Assembly (NCBI GenBank): GCA_040220235.1
Contig: JAVJTO010000157.1
From: Coleofasciculus sp. B1-GNL1-01
GTDB lineage: Bacteria; Cyanobacteriota; Cyanobacteriia; Cyanobacteriales; Coleofasciculaceae
DNA: 64,000 nt
Strand: one strand, 5' to 3'
Of this stretch, positions 40,174 to 50,746 are shown in pieces. Below the pieces are notes generated by a model. The model had not been told where the DNA came from, did no database searches, and saw only the letters and a program-made list of their open reading frames with translations. Both the position numbers and the translations under genes were made by a program. Position 1 is the stretch's first letter. Each line of letters starts with the position of its first letter.

Positions 40174-41394
40174 TTAAGCTAAATTCAGAACCGACCATGT
40201 CACCGCCCCCACAATCCCATCTGCTGTCATTCCTTTTGAGCGCTGAAACGCAATAACGGCGGCTTTTGTCTTGGGACCATAGATCCCATCAGCAGGACCT
40301 GGATCAAAGCCTTCTTGCTGCAAAATCTCTTGGACTTGCTTCACTTGGGGACTCACGGAACCTTCCTGGAGTGGTAAAAAAGGCTCTAACGGTTGATTGC
40401 GCCATTTTTGGGAAAACTCCACCAATGTCGCCTGAGGCAGTTGTGCTTGTAACCACTGAATGGCTTGGGTTTGATGGGGGAGTTCCCGGTAATATTTATA
40501 GGTATCGAGGAGTTGAACTTGGGTGAAAGGGGTTTGTGGATTCAACGGTGTACTTCCCCCCGGTGTTGTATCCGGCGCCGTCGGAGTCCCAGTGTCGGTG
40601 GGAGGTGGCTGTGTCGGTTGAGACACCCGTTCTAAAACCTTCCACGTATTCGGTCCGACCAAACCATCGGGTTCTAACCCATAAAACTTTTGGAACAAAA
40701 CCACCGCATCTTCAGTACCCGCGCCAAAAATACCATCAATTGGACCCGGATTAAACCCTTGAGCGCTGAGAATTTGCTGGAGTTCCTTCACTCGTAGTCC
40801 GGTGTCTCCTTCCCGCAAAACTTCGATGAAAGATGCTCCTAATCGCTGACGGACTTCCTGGCGTAAGCGAGGTAATTGACTATATAACCAATCTCCCGGA
40901 CATTGAGTGGGAGAAAAGTCACGATGTCCGAGAATATTATCCGGGCTAATTTTAGTCGTTGAGCAAATCGAGGCGCATAATTCAACCAAACTATCCCACT
41001 GTTTGGCATTCATTTGATAGGTGATAAACGTTCCTTCATTTTCAATACCTGGCGACTGATTCCCTTTATTACTACCCGCATGGGATGAACGCACACTGCG
41101 TCCTTGTTTAGCCGCCGTCAGACTTCCATGTCTACCTTCTAGCAAATATCCGCCCGTCGTGTTTAAAAAATTGTGACCGGAATCAATCCAGCCAAAGCCA
41201 TCCGTATGGGCTGTTTGAATGCTGCGGGCGAAGGTTTTGGCTCCCGTTAATGTCCCTCTAGAGACATCATTGGGGGGATTAGGAGTCGCCGTATGATGAA
41301 TGATAATATATTGCGGTCTCGTTTGGGGGGGCCACTGTTTTGGGGGTCTAGCGCCCCATTCGTTCGTTGAAATAACACTCGCTGTAAATGCCAT
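40174..41394 (-). CDS. Amidase_2 N-acetylmuramoyl-L-alanine amidase with two peptidoglycan-binding domains
   Basis: IIIHHT, GHRD, TQCPG zinc ligands; two 'DGIfG..T..AV..FQ...GL..DG.VG..TW' units. Confidence 0.9.
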   Translation of the reverse strand: MAFTASVISTNEWGARPPKQWPPQTRPQYIIIHHTATPNPPNDVSRGTLTGAKTFARSIQTAHTDGFGWIDSGHNFLNTTGGYLLEGRHGSLTAAKQGRSVRSSHAGSNKGNQSPGIENEGTFITYQMNAKQWDSLVELCASICSTTKISPDNILGHRDFSPTQCPGDWLYSQLPRLRQEVRQRLGASFIEVLREGDTGLRVKELQQILSAQGFNPGPIDGIFGAGTEDAVVLFQKFYGLEPDGLVGPNTWKVLERVSQPTQPPPTDTGTPTAPDTTPGGSTPLNPQTPFTQVQLLDTYKYYRELPHQTQAIQWLQAQLPQATLVEFSQKWRNQPLEPFLPLQEGSVSPQVKQVQEILQQEGFDPGPADGIYGPKTKAAVIAFQRSKGMTADGIVGAVTWSVLNLA

Positions 41395-41548
41395 ATCGAT
41401 TCGCCCTCCATTCAATTTAAATCAGCCGTGAGTTGACTCAAACCAATCTGATTTGTTCTGATTCTACCTAATCCCTGCTCAGTAGAATGCGTTATCTTTT
41501 ATTGATATTTGCTATTCTACGTTCGGGTTGACACACTTGGAACGCAAA

Positions 41549-42400
41549 ATGACACCAGCACGGCAAACTGTATCCTTACCTGGAATCCAACTGTCTTATC
41601 TGGAGTGGAAGCAAGGTTCAGAACCCTTATTACTGCTCCATGGTTTAGCGGATCACGCTTTAGTGTGGTCGAGTTTAGCAGAGTATCTAGCTGAGAGCTA
41701 TCATATCATCGCTCCCGATATGCGCGGTCATGGGGAGAGTAGTAAGCCCGAAGATGATTATACCTTTGCCAGTGCGATCGCGGACTTAGAAGCCCTCATG
41801 GATTACTTGGGATGGTCATCAGCTCATATTATCGGACATTCCTGGACAGGTAAATTAGCGCCGATTTGGGCAAAACAGCATCCCGAACGGTTTTGCAGCA
41901 TGATTCTGGTTGATCCGATTTTTATCTGGAAAATGCCTAGTCTGCTCAAGGTTACATTCCCTTTGTTATACCGGGTTTTGCCGTTTCTCAAAGGAATGGG
42001 TCCGTTTGAGAGTTATGAAGACGCCGAACAGAAAGTGCGTCAGTTAAGTCAATATCAAGATTGGACGCCATTACAGCAGCAAGTTTTTCAAGCCAGTATT
42101 GAGCAGAAACCCGATGGTTCTTGGGGGAGTAAGTTTACCGTGGCTGCCCGTGATGGTACGTTTGAAGATGTGATGCTCGTCGCCGGATTAACGGTTCCGA
42201 TTCATATCCCTACCCTGTTTGTGCAACCGGAAAAAGGAGTGAATCGCCAAGACTGGCAACTGAAACCCTATAAAACCTATTTAAAAAATTTACAAGTTCG
42301 TCAGGTTCCTGGTAATCATTGGCCCTTTTTGGTCGCGCCAGAGGAGTTTAACCAAGCAGTAGCAGCATTTTTAGAGCAACATCGAAAAGCTAACGTTTAA
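41549..42400 (+). CDS. Alpha/beta hydrolase
   Basis: LLLHGL, PDMRGHGES, GHSWTG, GNHWPF. Confidence 0.88.
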   Translation: MTPARQTVSLPGIQLSYLEWKQGSEPLLLLHGLADHALVWSSLAEYLAESYHIIAPDMRGHGESSKPEDDYTFASAIADLEALMDYLGWSSAHIIGHSWTGKLAPIWAKQHPERFCSMILVDPIFIWKMPSLLKVTFPLLYRVLPFLKGMGPFESYEDAEQKVRQLSQYQDWTPLQQQVFQASIEQKPDGSWGSKFTVAARDGTFEDVMLVAGLTVPIHIPTLFVQPEKGVNRQDWQLKPYKTYLKNLQVRQVPGNHWPFLVAPEEFNQAVAAFLEQHRKANV

Positions 42401-42480
42401 CCAGATTGATATTCATCTTCAATAAATAACCTGCACTCTCATTCACGATACATTCTTAATGAGAGTCACAAACTGCCAAC

Positions 42481-43656
42481 ATGACAAAACCTGCTCACTT
42501 GATGATTAAATCCCTGTATCAGGCAATCAACCGCAGGGATATTTCCGCCGCTATAGACTGCATCGATGATCAGTGCGTCTATGAGGATCTTAACTTTCCC
42601 CAACCCTTTCGTGGGAAAGCCGCCGTTCAGCAACTTTTTGAAGAATCCTATCAAGGTGTACCCGATGACTTACTCTTTGTTATTGATGATATTACGACAG
42701 GAGATCCATCTTCCACGGGTGTCCTTTGGCATGTTGAACTGGATGGTATTCCCTTTCCCAATGGACGAGGGGTCAGCTTTTATCGCCTATCTGAAACCAC
42801 GGGGAAGTTAGTTTTCGCCCGTGATGTGGTGGAACCGCCAATTAAACCCGGTAAAGTTGCATTCTGGATTATTCGATTGGTTACTCCTCTGGTACGACGA
42901 CTGCTTAAACGCCAGCCAGAAACCCATGCTATGGCTAAATCAGAACAACCTCAGCCATGGGTTGCGATCGCGTTGGCACTGATGGCTATACTCTATACTT
43001 ATGTCCTCTTACTCTCTCCACCCAATCAACTTCTTCCCGGAGAACCAATTTGGGCAATTCAACCCGAAACCTTACAGGAAATTCTGGATGAGTCGCTCAA
43101 TTTCTTCTTGATCTTACCGATTCTCAATGGGGTGGGTATTCATGTCATGGAATCCCCAACGGTTCACCCTACCCTAGAAGCACTGTTTAACTTTGCCGAA
43201 GCCTGGATATTTATGTTTCTCCCCTTGCTGTTAATGGATAAAAGGGGACGCCATTTACCTAAGGTTTTGATGTGGAGTGTGGCAATGTTCCTGACGAATG
43301 TTATTCTTACGCCTTATATGGCATTGCGTTATACCGTTCCCCCTCCTCAAGACAAGGATGAACCTGAAAAAAGCTGGTTAGCTCGTCTTTTCGGATGGAT
43401 TGGGCTGATTGTAGGTACTCTAGCTATTGTATGGGGTTTTGTCGGAAGACCGGAGTTTGGAGATTTAGCACAGAGGGCGCACTATTTTAGAGAACTGCTA
43501 ATGAGTAACCGGGTAACGATCGCATTTTGTATTGATTTGGTGTTGTTTTCCATTTTCCAGGGTGTACTGTTAACCGCCGTCATTCCATCTAATCAAAGGG
43601 GGCGCTGGCTGCGATATGTTCCCTTCTGGGGATTGGCGGTTTGGCTGATTATCTGA
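42481..43656 (+). CDS. NTF2/SnoaL-like domain fused to a multi-TM domain
   Basis: N-terminal YQAINRRD..CVYED..GKAAV..WHVE..GVSFY; hydrophobic C-terminal half. Confidence 0.8.
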   Translation: MTKPAHLMIKSLYQAINRRDISAAIDCIDDQCVYEDLNFPQPFRGKAAVQQLFEESYQGVPDDLLFVIDDITTGDPSSTGVLWHVELDGIPFPNGRGVSFYRLSETTGKLVFARDVVEPPIKPGKVAFWIIRLVTPLVRRLLKRQPETHAMAKSEQPQPWVAIALALMAILYTYVLLLSPPNQLLPGEPIWAIQPETLQEILDESLNFFLILPILNGVGIHVMESPTVHPTLEALFNFAEAWIFMFLPLLLMDKRGRHLPKVLMWSVAMFLTNVILTPYMALRYTVPPPQDKDEPEKSWLARLFGWIGLIVGTLAIVWGFVGRPEFGDLAQRAHYFRELLMSNRVTIAFCIDLVLFSIFQGVLLTAVIPSNQRGRWLRYVPFWGLAVWLII

Positions 43657-43782
43657 TTAGTGATTTGTCATTTGTCTTATGTCTTATGTCCTTTGTCCCA
43701 GGTTTTATGCCAATCATTTAACTTGCTGAAAGTGCAAAACGTGTCAAAATAGATAGATGTAAAGAAAGATGAATTAAAACCG

Positions 43783-44265
43783 ATGGGAGAACAACTGAGT
43801 CAAGTCCTAGAACCTATCGCGGCGTGGTTTCGCACGTTAGGCGTTCCTGAACCGATTGTTCACTGGGGACATCCTGTCATGATGGGAATCGTGATATTTG
43901 TTCTTGGTAGTTTTGTCGCCTATATGGGATGGCGTAGTCGGTTGACGAAGGATGGGGAAGTGGCAGCGAAAAGTCGGGCGTCTCACCGTCAGCTTGCGCC
44001 GTTGATGTACTTGTTTATTGCGCTGGGATATACCGGAGGAGTTCTTTCCCTGGTTATGCAGCATAAACCTATTTTTGAAAGTCCGCATTTTTGGACAGGT
44101 TCTTCTGCTGTCATTTTGTTAGGAATTAACGCGGTGATGACTTTCGGTTTTGGGGGTGATCAGAAGGAATCGTTTCGTACTGCTCATGCTTATTTGGGTA
44201 GTACAATCATGATCCTGCTCGTTGTTCACGTTGTCCTTGGTCTAAAACTGGGTCTTTCAATTTAA
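43783..44265 (+). CDS. DUF4079 family membrane protein
   Basis: HWGHPVMM, ESPHFWTG, RTAHAYLG; His-bearing TM helices. Confidence 0.82.
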   Translation: MGEQLSQVLEPIAAWFRTLGVPEPIVHWGHPVMMGIVIFVLGSFVAYMGWRSRLTKDGEVAAKSRASHRQLAPLMYLFIALGYTGGVLSLVMQHKPIFESPHFWTGSSAVILLGINAVMTFGFGGDQKESFRTAHAYLGSTIMILLVVHVVLGLKLGLSI

Positions 44266-44384
44266 AACGTTAATGTCAACAACTGCAACATCGTTGTCAT
44301 GTGAGCATCTTGCTCGCTACCCATTGCCAATTTAAATGCGTGACCGCTTAGAGACGTTACAGACGTTCCGCCGTAACGTCTCTA

Positions 44385-46718
44385 CTAAGAACGATCGCCT
44401 TCCATAATAGTCCTAATTGCCCGATCCAGCAGTTCAATCGCTTCATTTTCATAATGATAGGTTTTAAACTTTTGTCCAGATTCTATCACTTCTGGGCGCT
44501 TGGAGGGACGGCGACCATAGTGGGATTGATAAAGCTGGAGCGCCAACGAGCCAATCGAAGTCTTTTGCCCTTTGGTAGCATCAATATTGAGTTCACGGAG
44601 TCGCATCGCCACGCTAACAAATTGTTGATTTGGCGATGCTGGAGACTGCATCGTTCTCACCTGATTCAGTGCATCAATTAAAGTTTGATGAGACTCAGAT
44701 AATAATAAAGGCAACTGAGTATATCGGCGCATTGGTTTATCGATACTAACAGCATACCTTAACGTTTCTGGTCTACCAACGGCGATAAATCCACCATAGC
44801 TGGCACGAGTCATTGTGGTGTAGAGAAGTTGACGAGAAAGCATCCGGTGGTTTGAAGGCGACAGAGGCATAATTACATACTGGAATTCACTACCTTGAGC
44901 CTTATGGCAAGTTAGGCAAAACGAATGCATAATCTGCTCAAAAATGCCGGGGACATAATCAACAACCGCGCCGCCTTCAAATGCAACCGTAACCCGTTCA
45001 GGATTGGATTTGGTTTTAACCTCAATCACCCAACCCCCCTCGCCATTCATTACCGCCGGGATTGTATCATATCTATTCTTCAATTGAATCACGCGATCGC
45101 CAACTCGATACACCACCTCCCCCGTTTCCACTTCTGGCTGTTCCGGTTGTTTTGGGTTAAACAGAGGCTGCAATCGTTTATTTAACGCTTGAACCCCAAC
45201 CACCCCTTTCTTTTGGGGAGCAAGAACCATTACCTGATCTTTTAAGTTAACCTGATCACGCTGCATCTGTGCCACTAGCTCGACAATGGTATCGGCAATT
45301 GCTTCCGGGGTGTGGCGACACAGCAGGGCGCAATCGGAAACTCGTTGCCATTGTTGAGGAGAGTAAAACTGTTGCAACTGAGGAACCAAGCCACGAATAA
45401 CATCTTCTGCGGCATAGATAATTGGACTTTCTTGCCGTTGGCGGTAAATTTTGTTCAGGCGAGAACAGGGTACAACTTCAGATATCAGTAAGTCGCGCAG
45501 CACCATTCCCGCGCCCACACTCGGAAGCTGATTATGATCCCCAACCAACACGATTCTCGTATGGGGTTCTAAGGCTTTTAAGAGGGAATTAAACAGGAAA
45601 ATATCAACCATACTAAATTCGTCGATAATTAACCAGTCAATCGGCAAGGGATTGTCCTGATTAAACTCAAACTTTTGACCGTACCCTCGCCACTGAAGTA
45701 GACGATGAATCGTTTGGGCATCTAACCCGGTGGCGTTCTTCATTCTTGTCGCTGCCTTTCCCGTAGGTGCAGCTAAAGCCACCTTGAATCTACACTCCGT
45801 TAGCCAATCGATCAAATACTTCAAAATATGCGTTTTCCCTCGCCCAGCACCCCCCGTAATAATGCTAATGGGTTGGGCATAGGACTTTAACAGTGCCTGT
45901 CGCTGTTCTAGATCAAGCACCCCAGACTGCCGCCATTCTACTGCTTCTAGTTCTTGTAACCACTCCTCTAACGGTTCGATAGGCAGTTTTCTGCGAGAGG
46001 CAAAATACAGAATCAATCGGGCGACATTAACCTCCGCCCGATAAATTGGTTTTAAATAAAGAGACTCGGATAACCGTCCCTCCACTACAATTTTTTGGGT
46101 GAGCGCATTCTCTAATACCTGATTAAGTAACTGGGGATTTGGTGTATGTCCCGGACAACTCAATAACTCTAGTGCTGCTTCAATAAGTTCGGAGCTGGGG
46201 AGAAAACAATGTCCCTGATTTCTGGCATCTTGTAAGGTTTGAAGAATCCCTTGCTCATAGCGCAGGGGACTATCAGGAGGCATCCCCAACTTGAGCGCTA
46301 AACTGTCAGCTATTTTAAATCCGATTCCATCAATCTCATTAATAATCTGATAAGGGTTGGTGTTGAGGACGGATGCTGTACGCTGATCATAGTAGTCAGT
46401 CAGTTTTAGGGTTAACCCCAAAGATATCCCCATCCCCAGCAACCAAGCTTGAGTCCCTCGGACTGGGTTGCTCTTGCTTTTCTCCCAAGCTGAGAGGATG
46501 GCATCAATCCGATATTGGTATAACCCAGGAATAAGTTTAAGTCGTTGGGGTGAGAACTCCAGAACGTCTAGGGTATCAGAGCCAAAATAGGCTGTCAGCA
46601 AAGTCGCTGTCTTCTTGCCAATGCCATGAAATATACCACTGGCAAGATACTGTTCGATTTCTGCTGGATCGAGCCTGGGGAATTGATCGTTGTTGTCTGT
46701 TGGGAAAGCCATTGGCAT
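44385..46718 (-). CDS. RecD2-like SF1B helicase, no N-terminal OB domain, extra C-terminal domain
   Basis: HhH GIGKKTA and NPY..GIGFKIAD; motifs GGAGRGKT, APTGKAA, TIHRLL, DEFSM, GDHNQLPSV, YRQ, HKAQGSEF, LYTTMTRA. Confidence 0.9.
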   Translation of the reverse strand: MPMAFPTDNNDQFPRLDPAEIEQYLASGIFHGIGKKTATLLTAYFGSDTLDVLEFSPQRLKLIPGLYQYRIDAILSAWEKSKSNPVRGTQAWLLGMGISLGLTLKLTDYYDQRTASVLNTNPYQIINEIDGIGFKIADSLALKLGMPPDSPLRYEQGILQTLQDARNQGHCFLPSSELIEAALELLSCPGHTPNPQLLNQVLENALTQKIVVEGRLSESLYLKPIYRAEVNVARLILYFASRRKLPIEPLEEWLQELEAVEWRQSGVLDLEQRQALLKSYAQPISIITGGAGRGKTHILKYLIDWLTECRFKVALAAPTGKAATRMKNATGLDAQTIHRLLQWRGYGQKFEFNQDNPLPIDWLIIDEFSMVDIFLFNSLLKALEPHTRIVLVGDHNQLPSVGAGMVLRDLLISEVVPCSRLNKIYRQRQESPIIYAAEDVIRGLVPQLQQFYSPQQWQRVSDCALLCRHTPEAIADTIVELVAQMQRDQVNLKDQVMVLAPQKKGVVGVQALNKRLQPLFNPKQPEQPEVETGEVVYRVGDRVIQLKNRYDTIPAVMNGEGGWVIEVKTKSNPERVTVAFEGGAVVDYVPGIFEQIMHSFCLTCHKAQGSEFQYVIMPLSPSNHRMLSRQLLYTTMTRASYGGFIAVGRPETLRYAVSIDKPMRRYTQLPLLLSESHQTLIDALNQVRTMQSPASPNQQFVSVAMRLRELNIDATKGQKTSIGSLALQLYQSHYGRRPSKRPEVIESGQKFKTYHYENEAIELLDRAIRTIMEGDRS

Positions 46719-46830
46719 GATTGATTGCTCCCTGAACAGGTGAACCAGAAATCCTAAACTATACCTAATTTCAAGTCTGGTAGTATCTTCATTGTACAGT
46801 GGAGAGCGATCGCAAAAACCTGATTTAGTA

Positions 46831-46977
46831 AGCTGTCATGCATTTAAATTGGGAATGGGTAGCGAGCAAGATGCAAAGCCTGCGGCATGGCTTCGCTAAA
46901 GCCTGCGGCATGGCTTCGCTAAACGCACTACAAGGATTTCGCCCTTATTGATATTAAGGTTTAAATGCCGAACAGCT
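46831..46977. mobile_element. MITE family A copy with two 23-nt inserts
   Basis: Same ends as 17034..17240, TA-flanked; (AAAGCCTGCGGCATGGCTTCGCT)x2. Confidence 0.8.
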
Positions 46978-47209
46978 TAACAGCTTTAAAAGGTGACAAA
47001 TTTAGGAAAAGGGCGCACGTCTATGCGCCCCTACAGTTAATTAATCAATTGCCAATATTATGGGAAACGGGTGTAATCCTTTCGTCAGATAATTCGGGTT
47101 TTCTGACTGACGCGATCGCACCATCTCTCTACCCCGTTTAAGGCACAAACAACCACTAAAGTGGCTACTACAAACAGGCTGCTACAAACAGCGCGATCGC
47201 ACGTTTCCT

Positions 47210-49246
47210 TTAACGCCAATCGTCCCAATCCTGATTAAAAATCGACGTATCTGGAAACGCCGTCGGATTATTATTCCGTTCCAACCGTCGCCGCAACACC
47301 TGCAACTGCGGATCATGGGGTGGAAGTCCATCCACCAATTCAAACGGTGCAATTCCCTTCTCCAACGCAAACGCCGCCGCCGTTCCCGCCCCTGCACCCG
47401 ATGACCATTCAAAGGAATGCACCCGATACGCCGCCGCTGCAATATGACTCGTGGCAATACTTTTTCCCGCCACTAACATATTGTCAATCTTTTGCGGAAT
47501 CATCGCCCGCAGGGGAATTTGAAACGGATAGGCTTGACCCGCCCCCTGACGTTCCCCCTCTCGTTCTGTATTTCCTGGCGCTTCTGGGGGAGAGAAACTC
47601 ATGCAGGGATGAAAATCAATGGCATAATGTCCAATTCCCACCGAATCGGGATAGATGGTTGAACGAGTACGTCGATTCACCTCATCGGGCGATACCTCAC
47701 CCTGAATCACCGAAATCGCTTCTCGTCCCGCCAAAGCCGTCCATAATTGGCGATACATTTTGGGAGATAAGGTTTGACGGTAATAATCCTCCCGGTAATT
47801 GCGGCGAGACATATCAATTTCCCAAATTGTAAACCCCTCCGGATACCCAAACGCAGGGCGTCCGATAATTCGCCGTCCTTCCCGCATATAGGGATACTTA
47901 GATAACCCATGTACTGTTCCCATGGGAGAGTCTAATCCGGATAAATAACGATAACTGGGATGGGGTTCCTTGACGCCATCACCAAGTTGGGAGTCTGTTG
48001 TTCCGTCAACTAACCAATAGAAATATCCCAGGGAGAGTTCCTCTGCTTTGCGTAAACTCTCGGTTCGCAAACCACCCATCCAACCTCCGGGGGCTAACTG
48101 TCCCGTCTCTTGCAATTGGTCAGGAGTATAAACAAGGTTATCAGCTTCAGTACCGGGACGATAGTCATTTCCCCACGTCCAGTTTTGCATGGAGATATCC
48201 CCGACGGTGGGCGCGGTAAAGGAAATTCCGCCAAATTTCTCCGGTTCACCTTTTTTAGGACTCCAAATCCGCCGATAGGTAAATACTAAGTCAAAGTCGG
48301 CTAAGCGGGGTAATTCATAACTATAGTAGGGTTCGTACTGCCGATAAAATGGCGGCATTTCATGGCTTTGCGGTTCCTTGGTGGCTTCCATGGCAAAGGT
48401 GTAGGTAAACCCCTGAGTACAATAGGGATTCCCGGTGGCGCTGGAAGACGAGGGTTCGAGATGAGAACGGGGGTCAATTCCCAGGCGGTAAGGGACATCC
48501 GCCAACCCAATCAGTTCCCCGGTTTCTGTAGCCTCCACCACATACCAATCTGGGACGTTTCCCGGTGATGAGTTTTGAGGAACGAAGCGGATAATAGTTT
48601 TGTCAAAGCGGGGGGAATCTTGGTACTGATACCAATCTTCAATGGTTTGTGATAGAGGAAATGTATTTAGGGGGAGTGCATCCGAGGCGGGTTGATGCTG
48701 AATGGCGATCGCACTTTTAATCAAGTTCCCGGTAGGATTGTAGTCGAGTTCCTTTATCACCGTGGAGGGAAACCACTTCAGTGTCCCTTTCCCCCGTTTG
48801 GCTGCATCCTGCAACATATCCAGGAGGATATCATGGGCGTCGCTGGGAATAAAACAGGATTCACTCACCCAACAATCCCCCGGATTCAGTTCCCCATATT
48901 TGCGTCTAATCCGTTCCCGCAATTCCAAATAACCGCGAGAATAGAAAAGGCGCGATCGCTGAGTCGGGCGTTCATCCAGTGCAGAGGTTCCCTGGGAGGA
49001 AATCTGTCCCCCTACCCAGTCGGTAATCTCCGTCAAGCAAACCGTTCGTCCCGCGAGTAACCCTTCATAGGCTGTCGCTGCACCCGCTAATCCACCCCCA
49101 ACCACCAAGATTTCACAGGTGACGGTTTCATCGGGCGTGCCATCGGAAACGCTACGGGCAATTGGGGCGAGGGATAGTAGAGAAATCAGGCTAAAAGACA
49201 AGGAAATGATAGATTTTCCGGCAGATACACGTCGAGAACGCTTCAT
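47210..49246 (-). CDS. FAD-dependent oxidoreductase, probably exported
   Basis: VVGGGLAG, WVGGQ, PYMREGRRI, PFQIPLRAMIP; N-terminal RR plus hydrophobic signal. Confidence 0.88.
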   Translation of the reverse strand: MKRSRRVSAGKSIISLSFSLISLLSLAPIARSVSDGTPDETVTCEILVVGGGLAGAATAYEGLLAGRTVCLTEITDWVGGQISSQGTSALDERPTQRSRLFYSRGYLELRERIRRKYGELNPGDCWVSESCFIPSDAHDILLDMLQDAAKRGKGTLKWFPSTVIKELDYNPTGNLIKSAIAIQHQPASDALPLNTFPLSQTIEDWYQYQDSPRFDKTIIRFVPQNSSPGNVPDWYVVEATETGELIGLADVPYRLGIDPRSHLEPSSSSATGNPYCTQGFTYTFAMEATKEPQSHEMPPFYRQYEPYYSYELPRLADFDLVFTYRRIWSPKKGEPEKFGGISFTAPTVGDISMQNWTWGNDYRPGTEADNLVYTPDQLQETGQLAPGGWMGGLRTESLRKAEELSLGYFYWLVDGTTDSQLGDGVKEPHPSYRYLSGLDSPMGTVHGLSKYPYMREGRRIIGRPAFGYPEGFTIWEIDMSRRNYREDYYRQTLSPKMYRQLWTALAGREAISVIQGEVSPDEVNRRTRSTIYPDSVGIGHYAIDFHPCMSFSPPEAPGNTEREGERQGAGQAYPFQIPLRAMIPQKIDNMLVAGKSIATSHIAAAAYRVHSFEWSSGAGAGTAAAFALEKGIAPFELVDGLPPHDPQLQVLRRRLERNNNPTAFPDTSIFNQDWDDWR

Positions 49247-49394
49247 AAGAGTTAAAATGCAGTGCGTATCAGATGTTACATTACAGTGGATGCCTTGACG
49301 TTGCCATCCCCCAATAAGTTCATCTCCTCAACGAAATCTTTCTGTATTATAATTGTAGTATGTTGATATTATTTAGCGCTAGAGGCGCATATTT

Positions 49395-50576
49395 ATGCCT
49401 TACGAACAACTGAAACTGTCCACCGATAAGCCCGTTTTATCCTGGGCAAATCATGATTTAGGAAAGGATGAAACCCAAATGGCAAAAAATGTGGCATCCT
49501 TACCGTTTGTGTTTAAACATGTGGCGTTAATGCCAGATGTTCACTTAGGTAAAGGCGCATTAGTTGGGTCTGTTCTTGCCACCAAAGATGCGGTTATTCC
49601 TGCCGCTGTCGGTGTCGATATTGGCTGTGGGATGGCAGCAATTAAAACGCCATTTAGGGCGGAACAACTGGAGGGGAAACTCAAGAAAATTCGCTTAGAT
49701 ATTGAAGCCGCCATTCCGCTGGGATTTAACCAAAATAAAGAGGTGGAAAAAGATGCCAGCAATTGGCAAGGCTGGGCGCATTTCAAAGACTTACATCGCG
49801 GTGTGCAGGATGTGCAAGGAAAAGCGATGAAGCAGTTGGGTTCTCTGGGTGGTGGAAATCACTTTATTGAAGTGTGCCTTGATACGGAGGATTCCGTTTG
49901 GTTAATGCTTCATTCCGGTTCTCGGAATATTGGTAATCGCTTGGCGCAGTGTCATATTAGCACGGCAAAGGAATTAGCCAAATTAGCCGAAAATCGCTTA
50001 CCTGATCCGGATTTAGCCTACTTTATCGCCGGAACTCCAGAATTTGCCGCCTACTGGCGAGATTTACAATGGGCGCAGAATTATGCCCGTTATAATCGCG
50101 ATGTGATGATGGCGCGTTTTAAGCGAATTGTGGAACAACATTTGGCGGGCGGTAAGTCAACCAAGCCCTTGTTAGAGGTAAATTGCCATCACAATTATGC
50201 CGAGAAAGAAGTCCATTTTGGGGAAGACGTGTATGTGACGCGCAAGGGTGCAGTGCGGGCGCGTGAAGAGGATTACGGGATTATACCCGGTTCGATGGGG
50301 GCAAAGTCGTTTATTGTCAAAGGGAAAGGGAATCATGCAAGTTATTGCAGTTGCTCCCATGGCGCTGGGCGTTTAATGTCTCGGAACAAGGCAAAGAAAC
50401 AGTTTTCCCTGGATGATTTGGTGACACAGACGCAAGGGGTTGAATGTCGCAAAGATGGTGGGGTTTTGGATGAGATTCCCGGCGCCTATAAACCCATTGA
50501 TGAAGTGATGAATAATCAAGCGGATTTGGTGGAGGTGGTGGCGACACTGAAGCAGGTAGTTTGCGTGAAAGGCTGA
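49395..50576 (+). CDS. rtcB: RtcB RNA ligase
   Basis: MPDVHLG, GVDIGCG, GGGNHF, LHSGSR, HHNY, PGSMG, SHGAGR, DEIPGAYK. Confidence 0.95.
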   Translation: MPYEQLKLSTDKPVLSWANHDLGKDETQMAKNVASLPFVFKHVALMPDVHLGKGALVGSVLATKDAVIPAAVGVDIGCGMAAIKTPFRAEQLEGKLKKIRLDIEAAIPLGFNQNKEVEKDASNWQGWAHFKDLHRGVQDVQGKAMKQLGSLGGGNHFIEVCLDTEDSVWLMLHSGSRNIGNRLAQCHISTAKELAKLAENRLPDPDLAYFIAGTPEFAAYWRDLQWAQNYARYNRDVMMARFKRIVEQHLAGGKSTKPLLEVNCHHNYAEKEVHFGEDVYVTRKGAVRAREEDYGIIPGSMGAKSFIVKGKGNHASYCSCSHGAGRLMSRNKAKKQFSLDDLVTQTQGVECRKDGGVLDEIPGAYKPIDEVMNNQADLVEVVATLKQVVCVKG

Positions 50577-50746
50577 TTTGTCGGGTGGGCATTGCCCACC
50601 TTATTTGTTGATACTAAATTTGCTTTTCTATTTTTAGAAGCTTACCTCATGCTAGACAACTATAAGTTGTGGCTAACACAGACTCAATGATCAAGATTCG
50701 AGTTAAAATCGGATGAGTGTAGACATGACAAACGTTTCCTTTGAGA

